Made by a program: the position numbers and the translations under genes. Source: Candidatus Latescibacterota bacterium (GTDB taxonomy: Bacteria; Latescibacterota; UBA2968; UBA8231). From it: a stretch of DNA of 64,000 bases. This document shows positions 19,526-28,900 of this stretch, in pieces. Numbering within the stretch: position 1 is the first letter of the stretch; every line of letters starts with the position of its first letter. The notes under the pieces were generated by a model that saw nothing but the letters and a program-made list of their open reading frames with translations, did no database searches and was not told where the DNA came from. The stretch covers positions 1,312,001 to 1,376,000 of the forward strand of contig OZ244561.1 in assembly GCA_965217585.1 (NCBI GenBank), given 5' to 3'.

Positions 19526-20652
19526 CAGTCGCGTCCGTCGATAAATTCCAAGTCGCACTCGGCGACTGTGCGACCCTCTGCAGGTGCAAACGTCCACCGC
19601 TCTATCTCGGAGCGGATACAGGCATCTACCGCCGCGCTCACCACACCCGAATCGACGATTTCCACCTCTGCCACGGCACCGGTAGGGTCGATGGCCAAGC
19701 GGACTTTCATCCGCCCTGCGGCCGCGCGGCCAGCGACGAATTCGCGGGCAAAACAGGCGTTGATGGCCGGCAGGCGGTCGCGCAGTTCGCCCTCGAGCGC
19801 GCTGGCCGCCCGCGTCGGCCCCCCGCCTGCGCCGTGGTCTAGCTGTAGCGGGCCGCCTAGCCGGGCGTAGGTGCCAGGCCCGCGCTCGGGCTCGTCCCGC
19901 GCTCGCTCGACGAGTTCCCGCTGCACCTCGCGCTTGAACTCAAAGCGCAGGGTGGTGGTCTCCAACGGCGCGTTGTGGGGATTGAATTTGAGCACGAAGT
20001 CGCGCAGCACCAAGGAGACTTGCGCGACCTCGTCGGCGAGCGGATCAAAGACAATCAAACCCCGGTACGACTCGCCTTTGAAAATCTTGCGGTCGATGTT
20101 GTAGTTGTTGCTGCGCACAATGCCCATGCGCATGTTGAAGCGGTAAAAATCATTGCCGCTGGAGCTCCTGCGGGCGCGGTAGTAGGACTCGAAGTTCCTA
20201 GGCGACGAACCCGCCAAAATGCCGTAGGGCTGGAGGAATTCGCCACCCCGATCCGTCAGCAGCACGGCCTTGAGGGGGTTGAGTTCCACTTTGGCAAAGG
20301 CGCGGTTGTATACCTCGATTTCAAAGACAGTAAAGCGATTGCGAACATAGCCGACCGTCGGATCGACATAGTCGCCAAAGGTGTAGGGATTGATCGAGTA
20401 CTCGCCCTGACTCGACTCCGTGGGAAACATGGCGTTGAGTTCTCGGTCGCTCAGGTGGCGGGCCAAGAGGCGCAGGCCTTCGAGGGTGTAGGAGACGGTC
20501 CCGTCGCTCTCCAAAGCGTACTGGGCCGAGGCCGCAGACACCGGCAGCAGCCGGGAGACCTGGACAATTTGCTGGGGGTAGAGCAAATGGCAGCCGCAGA
20601 CTAGGAGCCAGAGTCCGGCCGCGCAGGGGCCTATTTTTTTGCTCAGCGGCAT
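19525..20652 (-). CDS. Lipoprotein with C-terminal AgmX/PglI-type (TonB-C-like) domain
   Basis: Lipobox LVCGC; C-terminal INACFARE...GRMKVRLAIDPTGAV....I..S......VDACIRSEIERWTF with the paired Cys typical of this domain. Confidence 0.75.
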   Translation of the reverse strand: MPLSKKIGPCAAGLWLLVCGCHLLYPQQIVQVSRLLPVSAASAQYALESDGTVSYTLEGLRLLARHLSDRELNAMFPTESSQGEYSINPYTFGDYVDPTVGYVRNRFTVFEIEVYNRAFAKVELNPLKAVLLTDRGGEFLQPYGILAGSSPRNFESYYRARRSSSGNDFYRFNMRMGIVRSNNYNIDRKIFKGESYRGLIVFDPLADEVAQVSLVLRDFVLKFNPHNAPLETTTLRFEFKREVQRELVERARDEPERGPGTYARLGGPLQLDHGAGGGPTRAASALEGELRDRLPAINACFAREFVAGRAAAGRMKVRLAIDPTGAVAEVEIVDSGVVSAAVDACIRSEIERWTFAPAEGRTVAECDLEFIDGRD

Positions 20653-20656
20653 CGGC

Positions 20657-23473
20657 TCATTCAAAACCCAAAAATACCCGCATGAACAAAGAGGTGACGT
20701 CGAGGTCGTCTCCGGCGCGGGTGGGATCGTCAAAGGTCCGGCGGGTGAGGCGCAAGCCCACATTGGTCGAGAGCGCATAGCCGAAATAGTTCGAATGATT
20801 GGTCAGTTGCACGACTCGCACGGCCTCGGTAAAACTGTTGCGGTTATCAGTGCGGTCTTTTTTGCTCAGCGGCAAAAAGGGCAGGCCCTGCATCCCGCAG
20901 GAAAATTCAGTGCGCGGCGTCAGCCTATACTGGGCCTTGAGGATGGGGACCAACGTCCACTCGTCCTCCAGCGCGACCGGCAGGCTGTCGCGGTTGCGGC
21001 GCAAGTACAGTCCTTTGCCCTGAAAGACCACTAGCCAGTTCGCCGTAGCTTCCCAGTGGTACGCGACTCGGGATATTAGGGTCAGCAGGCGGATTTCGTC
21101 GGCACCCTGATCCGAACCATCGGACAGCACTGCGGCCTGCTGGCGATTGATGGCATAGCGCATATTGCCGTCCAAACGCAGGCCAGCCAGCGGCCACCAC
21201 GCTCCTTCGAGGTAGTGCTGGCGGTCAATGCTGTCGCGCCACTCGAGCAAATCCCCCACCGTAGTGCGGTCGTACACTAGGGACCCGGGGCTGTGGTACG
21301 GGGCATCGGGAGCGGGTTCCGACAGGGTTTCTTCAAAGGTCTGGTACGGGTTGGCAAAGTCGTCGTGAACGCGCTGCAAGAACATCTCGCCGGCAAAATA
21401 GCCCCACTGCCCATCGCGGCGCGGCAGGGCAATGCTGGCGTAGTCAATATCGTTGCGCCGCTCGCTAAGAATGCCTTTGGCCTTGAGCCGCCCCACCCCA
21501 ACAGACCAGCCGCCGGGCAGGCGCAGCCGACCGAAGACGTGACCGCCTCGCTGGTCCTGCTGGTAGGGCAGATCGGGTTCTAGGTCGTCCTCGCGCACAT
21601 CGGCGATGCCGTTGTGGTTCCAGTCGCGGCCGTAGAAGTACACGTCCGGTTCCACTGCAAAGAGCAAAAAAGGCTCGACGTAATCGGGTAGGGCATTGCC
21701 ATTGCGATTGGTATCGGGAATGCCGTCGTTGTCCGCGTCGTTGCCGGGGAAGACCCCGTCTGGGTCGTAGTCGGTCGCGCCGTGGTGGCCGCCCCGCGCT
21801 CCGGGACCCCGGTCGGGCCAGCGGTCGTTGTCGTCGTTGTCCTCGACAAAGCCGTCGGAGATCTCGGCTCCCGGCACCGCGGCTACGTGGTCGCCGATCA
21901 ACTGACGGGTGAAATCCGGCCCCACCGAGAACAATTCACCCCCCAATTCGAGATAGGAGCTAGCCCACTCCGCAGTCAGATAGTACGAGGCGTCCCGGGT
22001 GGTGCTGCGCGCTCCGTTCCACTGGCGCACGCCCTCGAATTCCCTCGGGGGGCGATGTCCGGGCCGGCCGTCTGGATAGCGCAAGTACTCAATGCTGCGG
22101 GCGAATTCCCCGCGAATGCGGGTGCGACCTCTTTCAAAGTAGCCGTCAACGCCAACCACGGTGCGGCCGGTCCAAGCTCCGGCGTCGAGGCGAATCTGCG
22201 TCGCATTGGACAGATCTTGGACATTGCCCGGGGCGCGGCGCAGCGATTCGAGGTTGGCCAAGCGCCAGCGCGCCTGTTCCTGGGTGGCCTGGGGTTCGGC
22301 TTCGTACAGGCCGACCAGCTCCACCCGGTAGTCGTTGCCCACCACGGCTTCCACCTCGACCTGCTCGACAAAATACTCCTCGGTCAGATCAAAAAAGGCC
22401 AGAATGACATCGTAGCCATCGGCGCGCAATTCAGCGTCCGCCTCAATGGGCACAATAAAGTTCACCAGTTCGCCGAGATTGACGTTGCGGGAGACATCCT
22501 CGCCCTGCAAGTGGCGGCGCAGGTAGAAAAAATCCGCATAGCGCGTGCCTTGGTCGGTGTACGGACGCCGCTGAAACTGTCCGGTGAGTCGATTGTTGAG
22601 GCCCACGGCCGTGGGATTGCGGGCGTCAATGCGCACCAACTCGGGCGCAATATCCGGCCGGTACTCGCCGTTGATCAGCAGGCGCACCGCGGAAATAGCA
22701 GCGCCAGCGCGCTCGTCGCCGGGGGAATCGTCGGCAAAGCGCGCAATGATAAAACTGGGCAAAACTTGGTCCCCGCGCAGATCGCCTCGGAGGGAAAAAT
22801 CGCCCTGCGCGCTGTCGAAGAGATTGAAGTGGACGCCAGTGGCCCCCAAGGTGAGAGCGCCCAGGTGCAATTCGCCGCGTCCGCCCGTGAGCAGGGAGGC
22901 ATTGCGCGCTTCTGATCGCGGAGTGCCGGCCACCCAGATGGGGTCGCGGAAGCGCGAGGCCAACAGCGAGAATTGGGTCGGCCCTTTGTCGACGTCGAGG
23001 CGGACCCCGTTGACGCCAGTCATATCGAGGGTCAGGGGCGTAAAAAAGGTGCGGATCTCGTCGCCGATGATCAGCCGGGCGGACCAGTCGCTGTAACTGT
23101 CGAAGCCGACGATATTGCGGTCCAGCAGCCCATAGCGCGCGTTCTGCTTGAAGAGCTGGCTGTTGGGCGCTTGGCCAATGGGGAAGTCGGCGCGCGTCTC
23201 CCGCCACGAAAACACGTCGTACCCGTAGATCAGGTGATGGCCGAGCGGGCCGTAGTAATTGCGCCGATCAAAGGGTGGCAGCAGGGTCTGATCCGGGATC
23301 TCGTAGTCCGTTTGCGCGCGGTTGACGTATGGGCGGCCGGGTCGGTGGACGAAGGGGTGGGCCGGGAGAAAGGTCGGCACCCCGGCCCGGGGGCCGGACT
23401 CCTCGGCTTCGAGCCCTAAAAATGGGAGGGCCGGCAAGAGGAGCAAGCATCCCATGCCAATGGCTGCTCTCAT
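20657..23473 (-). CDS. Uncharacterised ~900-aa secreted/outer-membrane protein (paralog 2 of 4)
   Basis: Signal peptide; IGDEIRTFFTPLTL, DDSPGD, EDNDDNDRWPD, PDYVEPFL blocks shared with 13290. Confidence 0.82.
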   Translation of the reverse strand: MRAAIGMGCLLLLPALPFLGLEAEESGPRAGVPTFLPAHPFVHRPGRPYVNRAQTDYEIPDQTLLPPFDRRNYYGPLGHHLIYGYDVFSWRETRADFPIGQAPNSQLFKQNARYGLLDRNIVGFDSYSDWSARLIIGDEIRTFFTPLTLDMTGVNGVRLDVDKGPTQFSLLASRFRDPIWVAGTPRSEARNASLLTGGRGELHLGALTLGATGVHFNLFDSAQGDFSLRGDLRGDQVLPSFIIARFADDSPGDERAGAAISAVRLLINGEYRPDIAPELVRIDARNPTAVGLNNRLTGQFQRRPYTDQGTRYADFFYLRRHLQGEDVSRNVNLGELVNFIVPIEADAELRADGYDVILAFFDLTEEYFVEQVEVEAVVGNDYRVELVGLYEAEPQATQEQARWRLANLESLRRAPGNVQDLSNATQIRLDAGAWTGRTVVGVDGYFERGRTRIRGEFARSIEYLRYPDGRPGHRPPREFEGVRQWNGARSTTRDASYYLTAEWASSYLELGGELFSVGPDFTRQLIGDHVAAVPGAEISDGFVEDNDDNDRWPDRGPGARGGHHGATDYDPDGVFPGNDADNDGIPDTNRNGNALPDYVEPFLLFAVEPDVYFYGRDWNHNGIADVREDDLEPDLPYQQDQRGGHVFGRLRLPGGWSVGVGRLKAKGILSERRNDIDYASIALPRRDGQWGYFAGEMFLQRVHDDFANPYQTFEETLSEPAPDAPYHSPGSLVYDRTTVGDLLEWRDSIDRQHYLEGAWWPLAGLRLDGNMRYAINRQQAAVLSDGSDQGADEIRLLTLISRVAYHWEATANWLVVFQGKGLYLRRNRDSLPVALEDEWTLVPILKAQYRLTPRTEFSCGMQGLPFLPLSKKDRTDNRNSFTEAVRVVQLTNHSNYFGYALSTNVGLRLTRRTFDDPTRAGDDLDVTSLFMRVFLGFE

Positions 23474-26187
23474 CCTTTGAACGGCTCCAATCCCATGACT
23501 AGGCGCATGAAAAACAGGACTTGGTCAATGTCTTCGACCTGGCGCGAGCGGTCGTCGAATTGCAGTTGTTTGCGTTGGTAGCCCGTGCTCAGACTGAGGT
23601 GGTAGCCCTTGTAGGTCGTCCTATTGGTCACCATGACCACGTAGTCCTCGGCTCCATAGTTGACGGCGCTGTTGACGCGATCGCGGTACCTGCTTTTGAG
23701 CAAGGGCAGACCCTGGGCACCAGCGCTGAAGCGGGTCATGGGCGTGAGATCGTACGTCGCGGTCAGGATCGGATAGAAAAAGCGCTCTGAAATGGGCCGT
23801 ACCCGATCGCTGCGATCGCGCCGCACAAAGCCCATGTACTTGATGCGGGGCGTCACCGTCAAGCTACCCACATTCCAGTTATACGCCGCTCTCAACACCC
23901 AGGACCAAGCACCGATCTGATTGGCGGGTTGTAGGGATGTGGGACGCTGGAAATTGACGCTGTACTTGAGGCGCTGGTCGATATTGAGGTTGTCGATGCG
24001 GAAGAAGGTGGCCTTGAGATAGGCCGTGTTGACCAAGCTATTGCGCATGGCCAATTCGTCCTCGACTAGTTCAAAATTATCGACATTGGCGTCAAAGGTG
24101 CCCCGCACCTCAAAGGGCAGGGCATTGGAGATGCGCGGCAAAAATTGCGGGGTGTCGTCCGCAATGTCGTCTTGCACCTGCTTGCAAACATTGAAAAACT
24201 CCACGCGGCCGTACGGGAAAAGGGAGCGCTGATAGGCCGCTTTGAAATAGGAGACGCGGTTTTCCCCCGCGCCCCAGATCTGGCGCGTGTGGTAGCGCCC
24301 CAAGGTGAATTCAAGTCCGCTGCGAGGGCGCAGGCCGGCGAACAGGTGATGGCCTTGGCTATCGACATCATAGGGATAATCGGGCTCGAAGTCGTCCTCC
24401 CGATGGTCGATGATGCCGTTGTTGTCGAGGTCGTCGCCGTAGTCGTATTCGGGCGGATCAACGCGGTAGAGCAGGAAAGGCTCGAGGTAGTCGGGAGCCG
24501 TGTTGCCGTTTTCGTTGGGATCGGGCTGGCCGTCCTGATCGAGGTCGAGGCCGGGAAAAATGCCGTCGTTATCGGCAAAATTCGGCAGGAAGTGCGCGTC
24601 GGGGAAGCGGTCGCGGTCGTCGTTGTCGTCTACCGTGGACAATTCGAGGGTGTTGTTGTAGCGCTCGTCAAAGCTCGGAAAGACGCTGAAGGGACTGCGC
24701 AGATCCTCGGTGTAGGTGCGATAATTCCGGTCCTCGACGGAAATGCTAGTGCTGTACTGGGGCGCCATGCGGAAGACCTCAAAGCCGAGACTGGCGCGGT
24801 GCCAATCCCGGGTGGCATTGACAAAAAAGGCGTCGGCCGTGCGGCGCTGCCACTTGCCGTCCCCGGCGTGGGAGGGATACTGGCGAAATTCAAAGGTGCG
24901 GGCGAACTCAGTGCGCAGGGAGAAATCCCGGCGCTGCACTTCGAGACGCAGGCTGGCATTGGTGCGACCCGTGTGGCGGCCGTACTCAAAGTCCACCCAG
25001 CGCCGGTTGGAGCCGTCGCGCACTTGCCCCTCGGCCGCGATTACCGGATAGAAAAAGGTGGCGCGTTCGCCGGTTATATTGACATTGGCCGATGAAGTAG
25101 TCGCGGCCGGAAGAAAGACTTCGGCCATTTCAATGCGGTAGTCATTGGCCACCAGCCCGCGAAAGCGCAAGCGCTCGACCTGCCCCCGCATTTCCTGGGG
25201 AATTTTGAACCAGTAGAGCAAAAACTCCGAGCCATTGGCCTCGAGAAATTCACCTTGCTCGGCCGGCTCCACGACCAGATCTCCCCGGAGAAACTCGATA
25301 TACGGCGGTATGGTCTTGCCCAGGGGAAAGAAGCGGTCGCGGTTGGGATAGGTTCTATCGATCTGCTCGCTATCGTGGCGAGTGACGAGCGGGCGGATGG
25401 CGCCGAGCGTCCCTTCGATATGCAGGTCGTAGATCCGGGCCCCGCCGCCATCCTTGGGCGAACCATCGCCGAACTTGACCACCACGTAGGCCGGCGGCGT
25501 GTTCTTGCGCGGCACCACGCCCTTGATGCTATTGTCGCCCCACGCGGTCAGGCTGTTGGTGCGGTGCAAGTTGACATACGAAAAACTCAAGTCCAGCACC
25601 CCAAACTTGCGCTGGACGTGGCCGCCGAGCAGGTAGGTGGCCCAATCCCTAGCTCCGTGCAGTTCGAGATTATCCCCTGGGAAGATGGGCCAGTCGAGGC
25701 GCGACGTGACAAAGGAAAATTGGCTGCCATCGACATCGGCGTCCCAGCGGGCGCCGTTGAGCGCGACTAGGTCGAGGGTGAGGGCGGTGAATTTGGTGCG
25801 GATGCGGTCGCCGACGATCAGCCGGCTGCTCCAGTTGCCATAGCTGTCCTGGGCCACGAGCAGGCGATTGAGGTACTGCTGATAAAAGCGGCTCTTGTCG
25901 ATAAAGCTACCCGATTCGGGCGGATTGGTTCGCCCTTCCTCCAATTCAAAGACGCCGACCCCGTCGAGGACAAAGTTGCCCAAATCGTCGTACCTATTGC
26001 GCGTGACTTGGCCAAATATCCCCGAGTTGTACGCGCGGTACCCCTGGCGGGCATAGCTCTCATAGCGCTCCTCGGCATCGTAAAGCAATTGCCCAAAAGC
26101 GGGCGCGGACCAAGCCAAGACGACGAGGAAGAGGACCATCACAGTACGCACCCCTCGATAAAAATAGATCGTCCCATCTGCGCCCAT
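23470..26187 (-). CDS. Uncharacterised ~900-aa secreted/outer-membrane protein (paralog 3 of 4)
   Basis: Same conserved blocks (VGDRIRTKFTALTL, DDNDDRDRFPD, PDYLEPFL). Start uncertain (26187 or 26139); the ORF-track extension to 26502 overlaps the upstream gene. Confidence 0.8.
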   Translation of the reverse strand: MGADGTIYFYRGVRTVMVLFLVVLAWSAPAFGQLLYDAEERYESYARQGYRAYNSGIFGQVTRNRYDDLGNFVLDGVGVFELEEGRTNPPESGSFIDKSRFYQQYLNRLLVAQDSYGNWSSRLIVGDRIRTKFTALTLDLVALNGARWDADVDGSQFSFVTSRLDWPIFPGDNLELHGARDWATYLLGGHVQRKFGVLDLSFSYVNLHRTNSLTAWGDNSIKGVVPRKNTPPAYVVVKFGDGSPKDGGGARIYDLHIEGTLGAIRPLVTRHDSEQIDRTYPNRDRFFPLGKTIPPYIEFLRGDLVVEPAEQGEFLEANGSEFLLYWFKIPQEMRGQVERLRFRGLVANDYRIEMAEVFLPAATTSSANVNITGERATFFYPVIAAEGQVRDGSNRRWVDFEYGRHTGRTNASLRLEVQRRDFSLRTEFARTFEFRQYPSHAGDGKWQRRTADAFFVNATRDWHRASLGFEVFRMAPQYSTSISVEDRNYRTYTEDLRSPFSVFPSFDERYNNTLELSTVDDNDDRDRFPDAHFLPNFADNDGIFPGLDLDQDGQPDPNENGNTAPDYLEPFLLYRVDPPEYDYGDDLDNNGIIDHREDDFEPDYPYDVDSQGHHLFAGLRPRSGLEFTLGRYHTRQIWGAGENRVSYFKAAYQRSLFPYGRVEFFNVCKQVQDDIADDTPQFLPRISNALPFEVRGTFDANVDNFELVEDELAMRNSLVNTAYLKATFFRIDNLNIDQRLKYSVNFQRPTSLQPANQIGAWSWVLRAAYNWNVGSLTVTPRIKYMGFVRRDRSDRVRPISERFFYPILTATYDLTPMTRFSAGAQGLPLLKSRYRDRVNSAVNYGAEDYVVMVTNRTTYKGYHLSLSTGYQRKQLQFDDRSRQVEDIDQVLFFMRLVMGLEPFKG

Positions 26188-26209
26188 CTGCGTCCATCTG
26201 CGGATAACA

Positions 26210-28897
26210 TCACAGCACCCGCGCCTGAACGAAAAATTCTTTGAACTTGCGCACTCTGCGCCCAGGACTATGCACAAAGCGGGTGTAGCTAGCGCGAAAA
26301 CCCAAATTGAGACTGAGATCGAATCCCCGGTTGTGGCTGCGGTTCTCAATGGCCAAAAGATAGTGGCGGGCCGTGAAATCCCCGGTCCGGTACTCTTCGT
26401 TGCGAAAGGTGTGCGGCCAGCCCGGCAAGCCCTGAATGCCAAAGCGCAGCACCGTGGCTTGGCCCAGTGCGTAGTCCGCCTGCAGGATGGGGAACAGTTC
26501 ATACGTGCGGAGCGGCAATAGCAGGTCGTCGGGGGCGGTGCGGCGCTGGAGCCTCAGTTTGGCACTGGGGCGGATTTTCAGGCCCTGCCGCACAAAGGTG
26601 TAATCCGCCTTGCTGGTCCAAGTCCAGTCGATAATATGGCTGCGCTGGTCTAGCGTCTCCAACATGCGGTTGATTTCGAGCTTAGTGGTGGCTTTGACCT
26701 GCACCCTGGGGATGGACGCGTATCCCGCGGTGCCGTACAGGGTGTGGAGCCAGCTATTTTGCGCCAGCAGTGGATCGGGTTTGATTTTGATCGCGGTATT
26801 GGTCGCGGTCAGCGGATCGACGACGTGCTGGTACACTGGATCGGCGATGGTATCGCGCACCCGCTTACTGCGCACATTGAGTTGCAGGTGCCCCCTCTGG
26901 TATTGCGCCTCCCCGTACGCGACTTGGTTGCGACCGGCGCCAGCGCGCTGTGCAATGCGGTACTGCCCGAGGCGGAATTGCAAGGATGAGCGGGGGCGGA
27001 AAAGGGCGAATGAATGGTACCCACGGCTGTCGAGCGGATAGGGGTAGTCCGGCAGATTGTCGTTTTCGCGCCGATCCACTACGCCGTTGTTGTTGAAGTC
27101 GTCGCCGTACACAAAATCGTCTGGTTCAACGGCGTACATGAGGAAGGGCTCGGCGTAGTCGGGTATCTGGTTCTGGTTGACATTAATCTCCAAGACCCCG
27201 TCTCCATCTTGGTCCAGCCCGGGAAAAACGCCGTACCCAACGCCATTGCCGAGGTTGCCGGGCAGGTAGTCAATGGCGGCCTGGGTCGGCTGGCCCTCCG
27301 GGTCCACGCCGGCGGCATTTTTTAGGCTGATGTAGAGTGGGTCGAGCGGATCCCAGTGTTCCCAGCGGTCCTCCCAGTAGTCGCCGTCGTCGTTGTCATC
27401 GACCAGCGCGTAGTCCAATACCTTGTCGGCGCGTTCCGACCACATGGGCAGGGTGGTGGCGTACGCGGCCGGCAGGCGAAACACCTCGACGCCGACTGCG
27501 AGGCTGTCGATCTGGTGCAGCCCCTTGAGGAAAAAGGCCCGGCTGGCGCGGCGCTGGTGCTGGTTGGCACCGGGAAAGCGGCGGTACCCGACGTTTTCGA
27601 CCAACTCGCCCGCAAGAGTCGTCCCCTCCCATTGCCAGAGAAAGTCGCTGCCGTAGTGAATTTGGGCGGTCGGGAAGCCGTATTCAAAACGCACCCAGCG
27701 CAAGTTGGAGCCGTCCCGGACATTGTGCGGCGCGCGCGCGACATTGTGCCAGTCGGTCCAGATGCGATTGGGCACGCCGTCCCAGCCGTAGGTCGCCGCC
27801 ACGTCAATACTATAGTCGCCGGCCACTTGGGCGCGAAAGCTCAGGCGCTCGGCCGTGGCTGGAATTTCGCAGCGATAGACCAGCAAATCGGTGCCGCCCA
27901 CTTCGAGGGGAAACTCCGCTGCTGCAACGGGCAGACCCTCCTGGAAAAAGAGGCCGCGTTCCTGGCGTCGGTTGTTGAGCCGGGGATCGAAGACTCGGTC
28001 GAGCGGTACGCTCTGCGGGGCCCAGGGTCCGTGGCGGCGCAGATGGGGGATGTGGTCCGGGTCGGCGAGGCGCGGGATGCGCCGAATATCCGGCGCGATC
28101 GGGATCGGTGCGCCATCGACAAAAATTTCCATGGCCAGCACTTGCACGCCGCTGTCATCCTCGGGGGAATCGTCGCTGAAAACCACGTAGTAGAAGGTGG
28201 TCTTGGCCAGATCTGTGGGAAAGGTGCCGCGCGTCGAGCCCCGGCGCTGCATGCTATCGCGCAGATGCAGATTGACGTACGAACCGCCGATGGTCAGCGC
28301 GTTGCCCAGCCGGCTTTCCCAGCGGCCGCCGAGCAGATAGGTGGCAAACGGGAGATTGTTGGCACCGCCGACTAGGGGCGAGGAAACCCGGGCGCCCAGT
28401 ACGGTAAAGCGATTCTTGTAGGAAGAACCATCCCAGCGCAGCCCCTGCAGGCGCGCCTTGTCGAGAGTCAGCGGCGTGAAGCGGGCCTCGAGGGCGTCGC
28501 CGACCATGACCCGGGCCGACCAGTCGCGGTAGTGATCGCGCATGATGACCAAGTTGCGAAAGGTGGCCGCTAGATGGCCGCTGCGGAAAATTCGGCTGCT
28601 GCGCTGGGGTGCCAGAGTGCGGTATTCCTCCACGCGCAGCAACTCCACCCCGTCGAGCAGATAGGCCCCAAAGGGGTCGTAGGTCGGGTTATCGGGGCGG
28701 GCCGTGTAGTCCCGGTAACTGAGCAGGCTGTAGTTTTCGTAGCGCTCGTGCCACCAAGGATAGTACTCGCGGTTGAGGAAACGGGACTGGGCCCGGCTCC
28801 AGGGCAGGTACTCGGTGGTGGTGAGTTGGCCTCCTGCCCGGTCCCAAGCGATGACGCAGAGCAGCGCGGCCAGCCTAATGATCGGGAGGCCCCTCAT
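26210..28897 (-). CDS. Uncharacterised ~900-aa secreted/outer-membrane protein (paralog 4 of 4)
   Basis: Signal peptide; VGDALEARFTPLTL, DDSPED, DDNDDGDYWED, PDYAEPFL. Confidence 0.82.
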   Translation of the reverse strand: MRGLPIIRLAALLCVIAWDRAGGQLTTTEYLPWSRAQSRFLNREYYPWWHERYENYSLLSYRDYTARPDNPTYDPFGAYLLDGVELLRVEEYRTLAPQRSSRIFRSGHLAATFRNLVIMRDHYRDWSARVMVGDALEARFTPLTLDKARLQGLRWDGSSYKNRFTVLGARVSSPLVGGANNLPFATYLLGGRWESRLGNALTIGGSYVNLHLRDSMQRRGSTRGTFPTDLAKTTFYYVVFSDDSPEDDSGVQVLAMEIFVDGAPIPIAPDIRRIPRLADPDHIPHLRRHGPWAPQSVPLDRVFDPRLNNRRQERGLFFQEGLPVAAAEFPLEVGGTDLLVYRCEIPATAERLSFRAQVAGDYSIDVAATYGWDGVPNRIWTDWHNVARAPHNVRDGSNLRWVRFEYGFPTAQIHYGSDFLWQWEGTTLAGELVENVGYRRFPGANQHQRRASRAFFLKGLHQIDSLAVGVEVFRLPAAYATTLPMWSERADKVLDYALVDDNDDGDYWEDRWEHWDPLDPLYISLKNAAGVDPEGQPTQAAIDYLPGNLGNGVGYGVFPGLDQDGDGVLEINVNQNQIPDYAEPFLMYAVEPDDFVYGDDFNNNGVVDRRENDNLPDYPYPLDSRGYHSFALFRPRSSLQFRLGQYRIAQRAGAGRNQVAYGEAQYQRGHLQLNVRSKRVRDTIADPVYQHVVDPLTATNTAIKIKPDPLLAQNSWLHTLYGTAGYASIPRVQVKATTKLEINRMLETLDQRSHIIDWTWTSKADYTFVRQGLKIRPSAKLRLQRRTAPDDLLLPLRTYELFPILQADYALGQATVLRFGIQGLPGWPHTFRNEEYRTGDFTARHYLLAIENRSHNRGFDLSLNLGFRASYTRFVHSPGRRVRKFKEFFVQARVL

Positions 28898-28900
28898 ACG

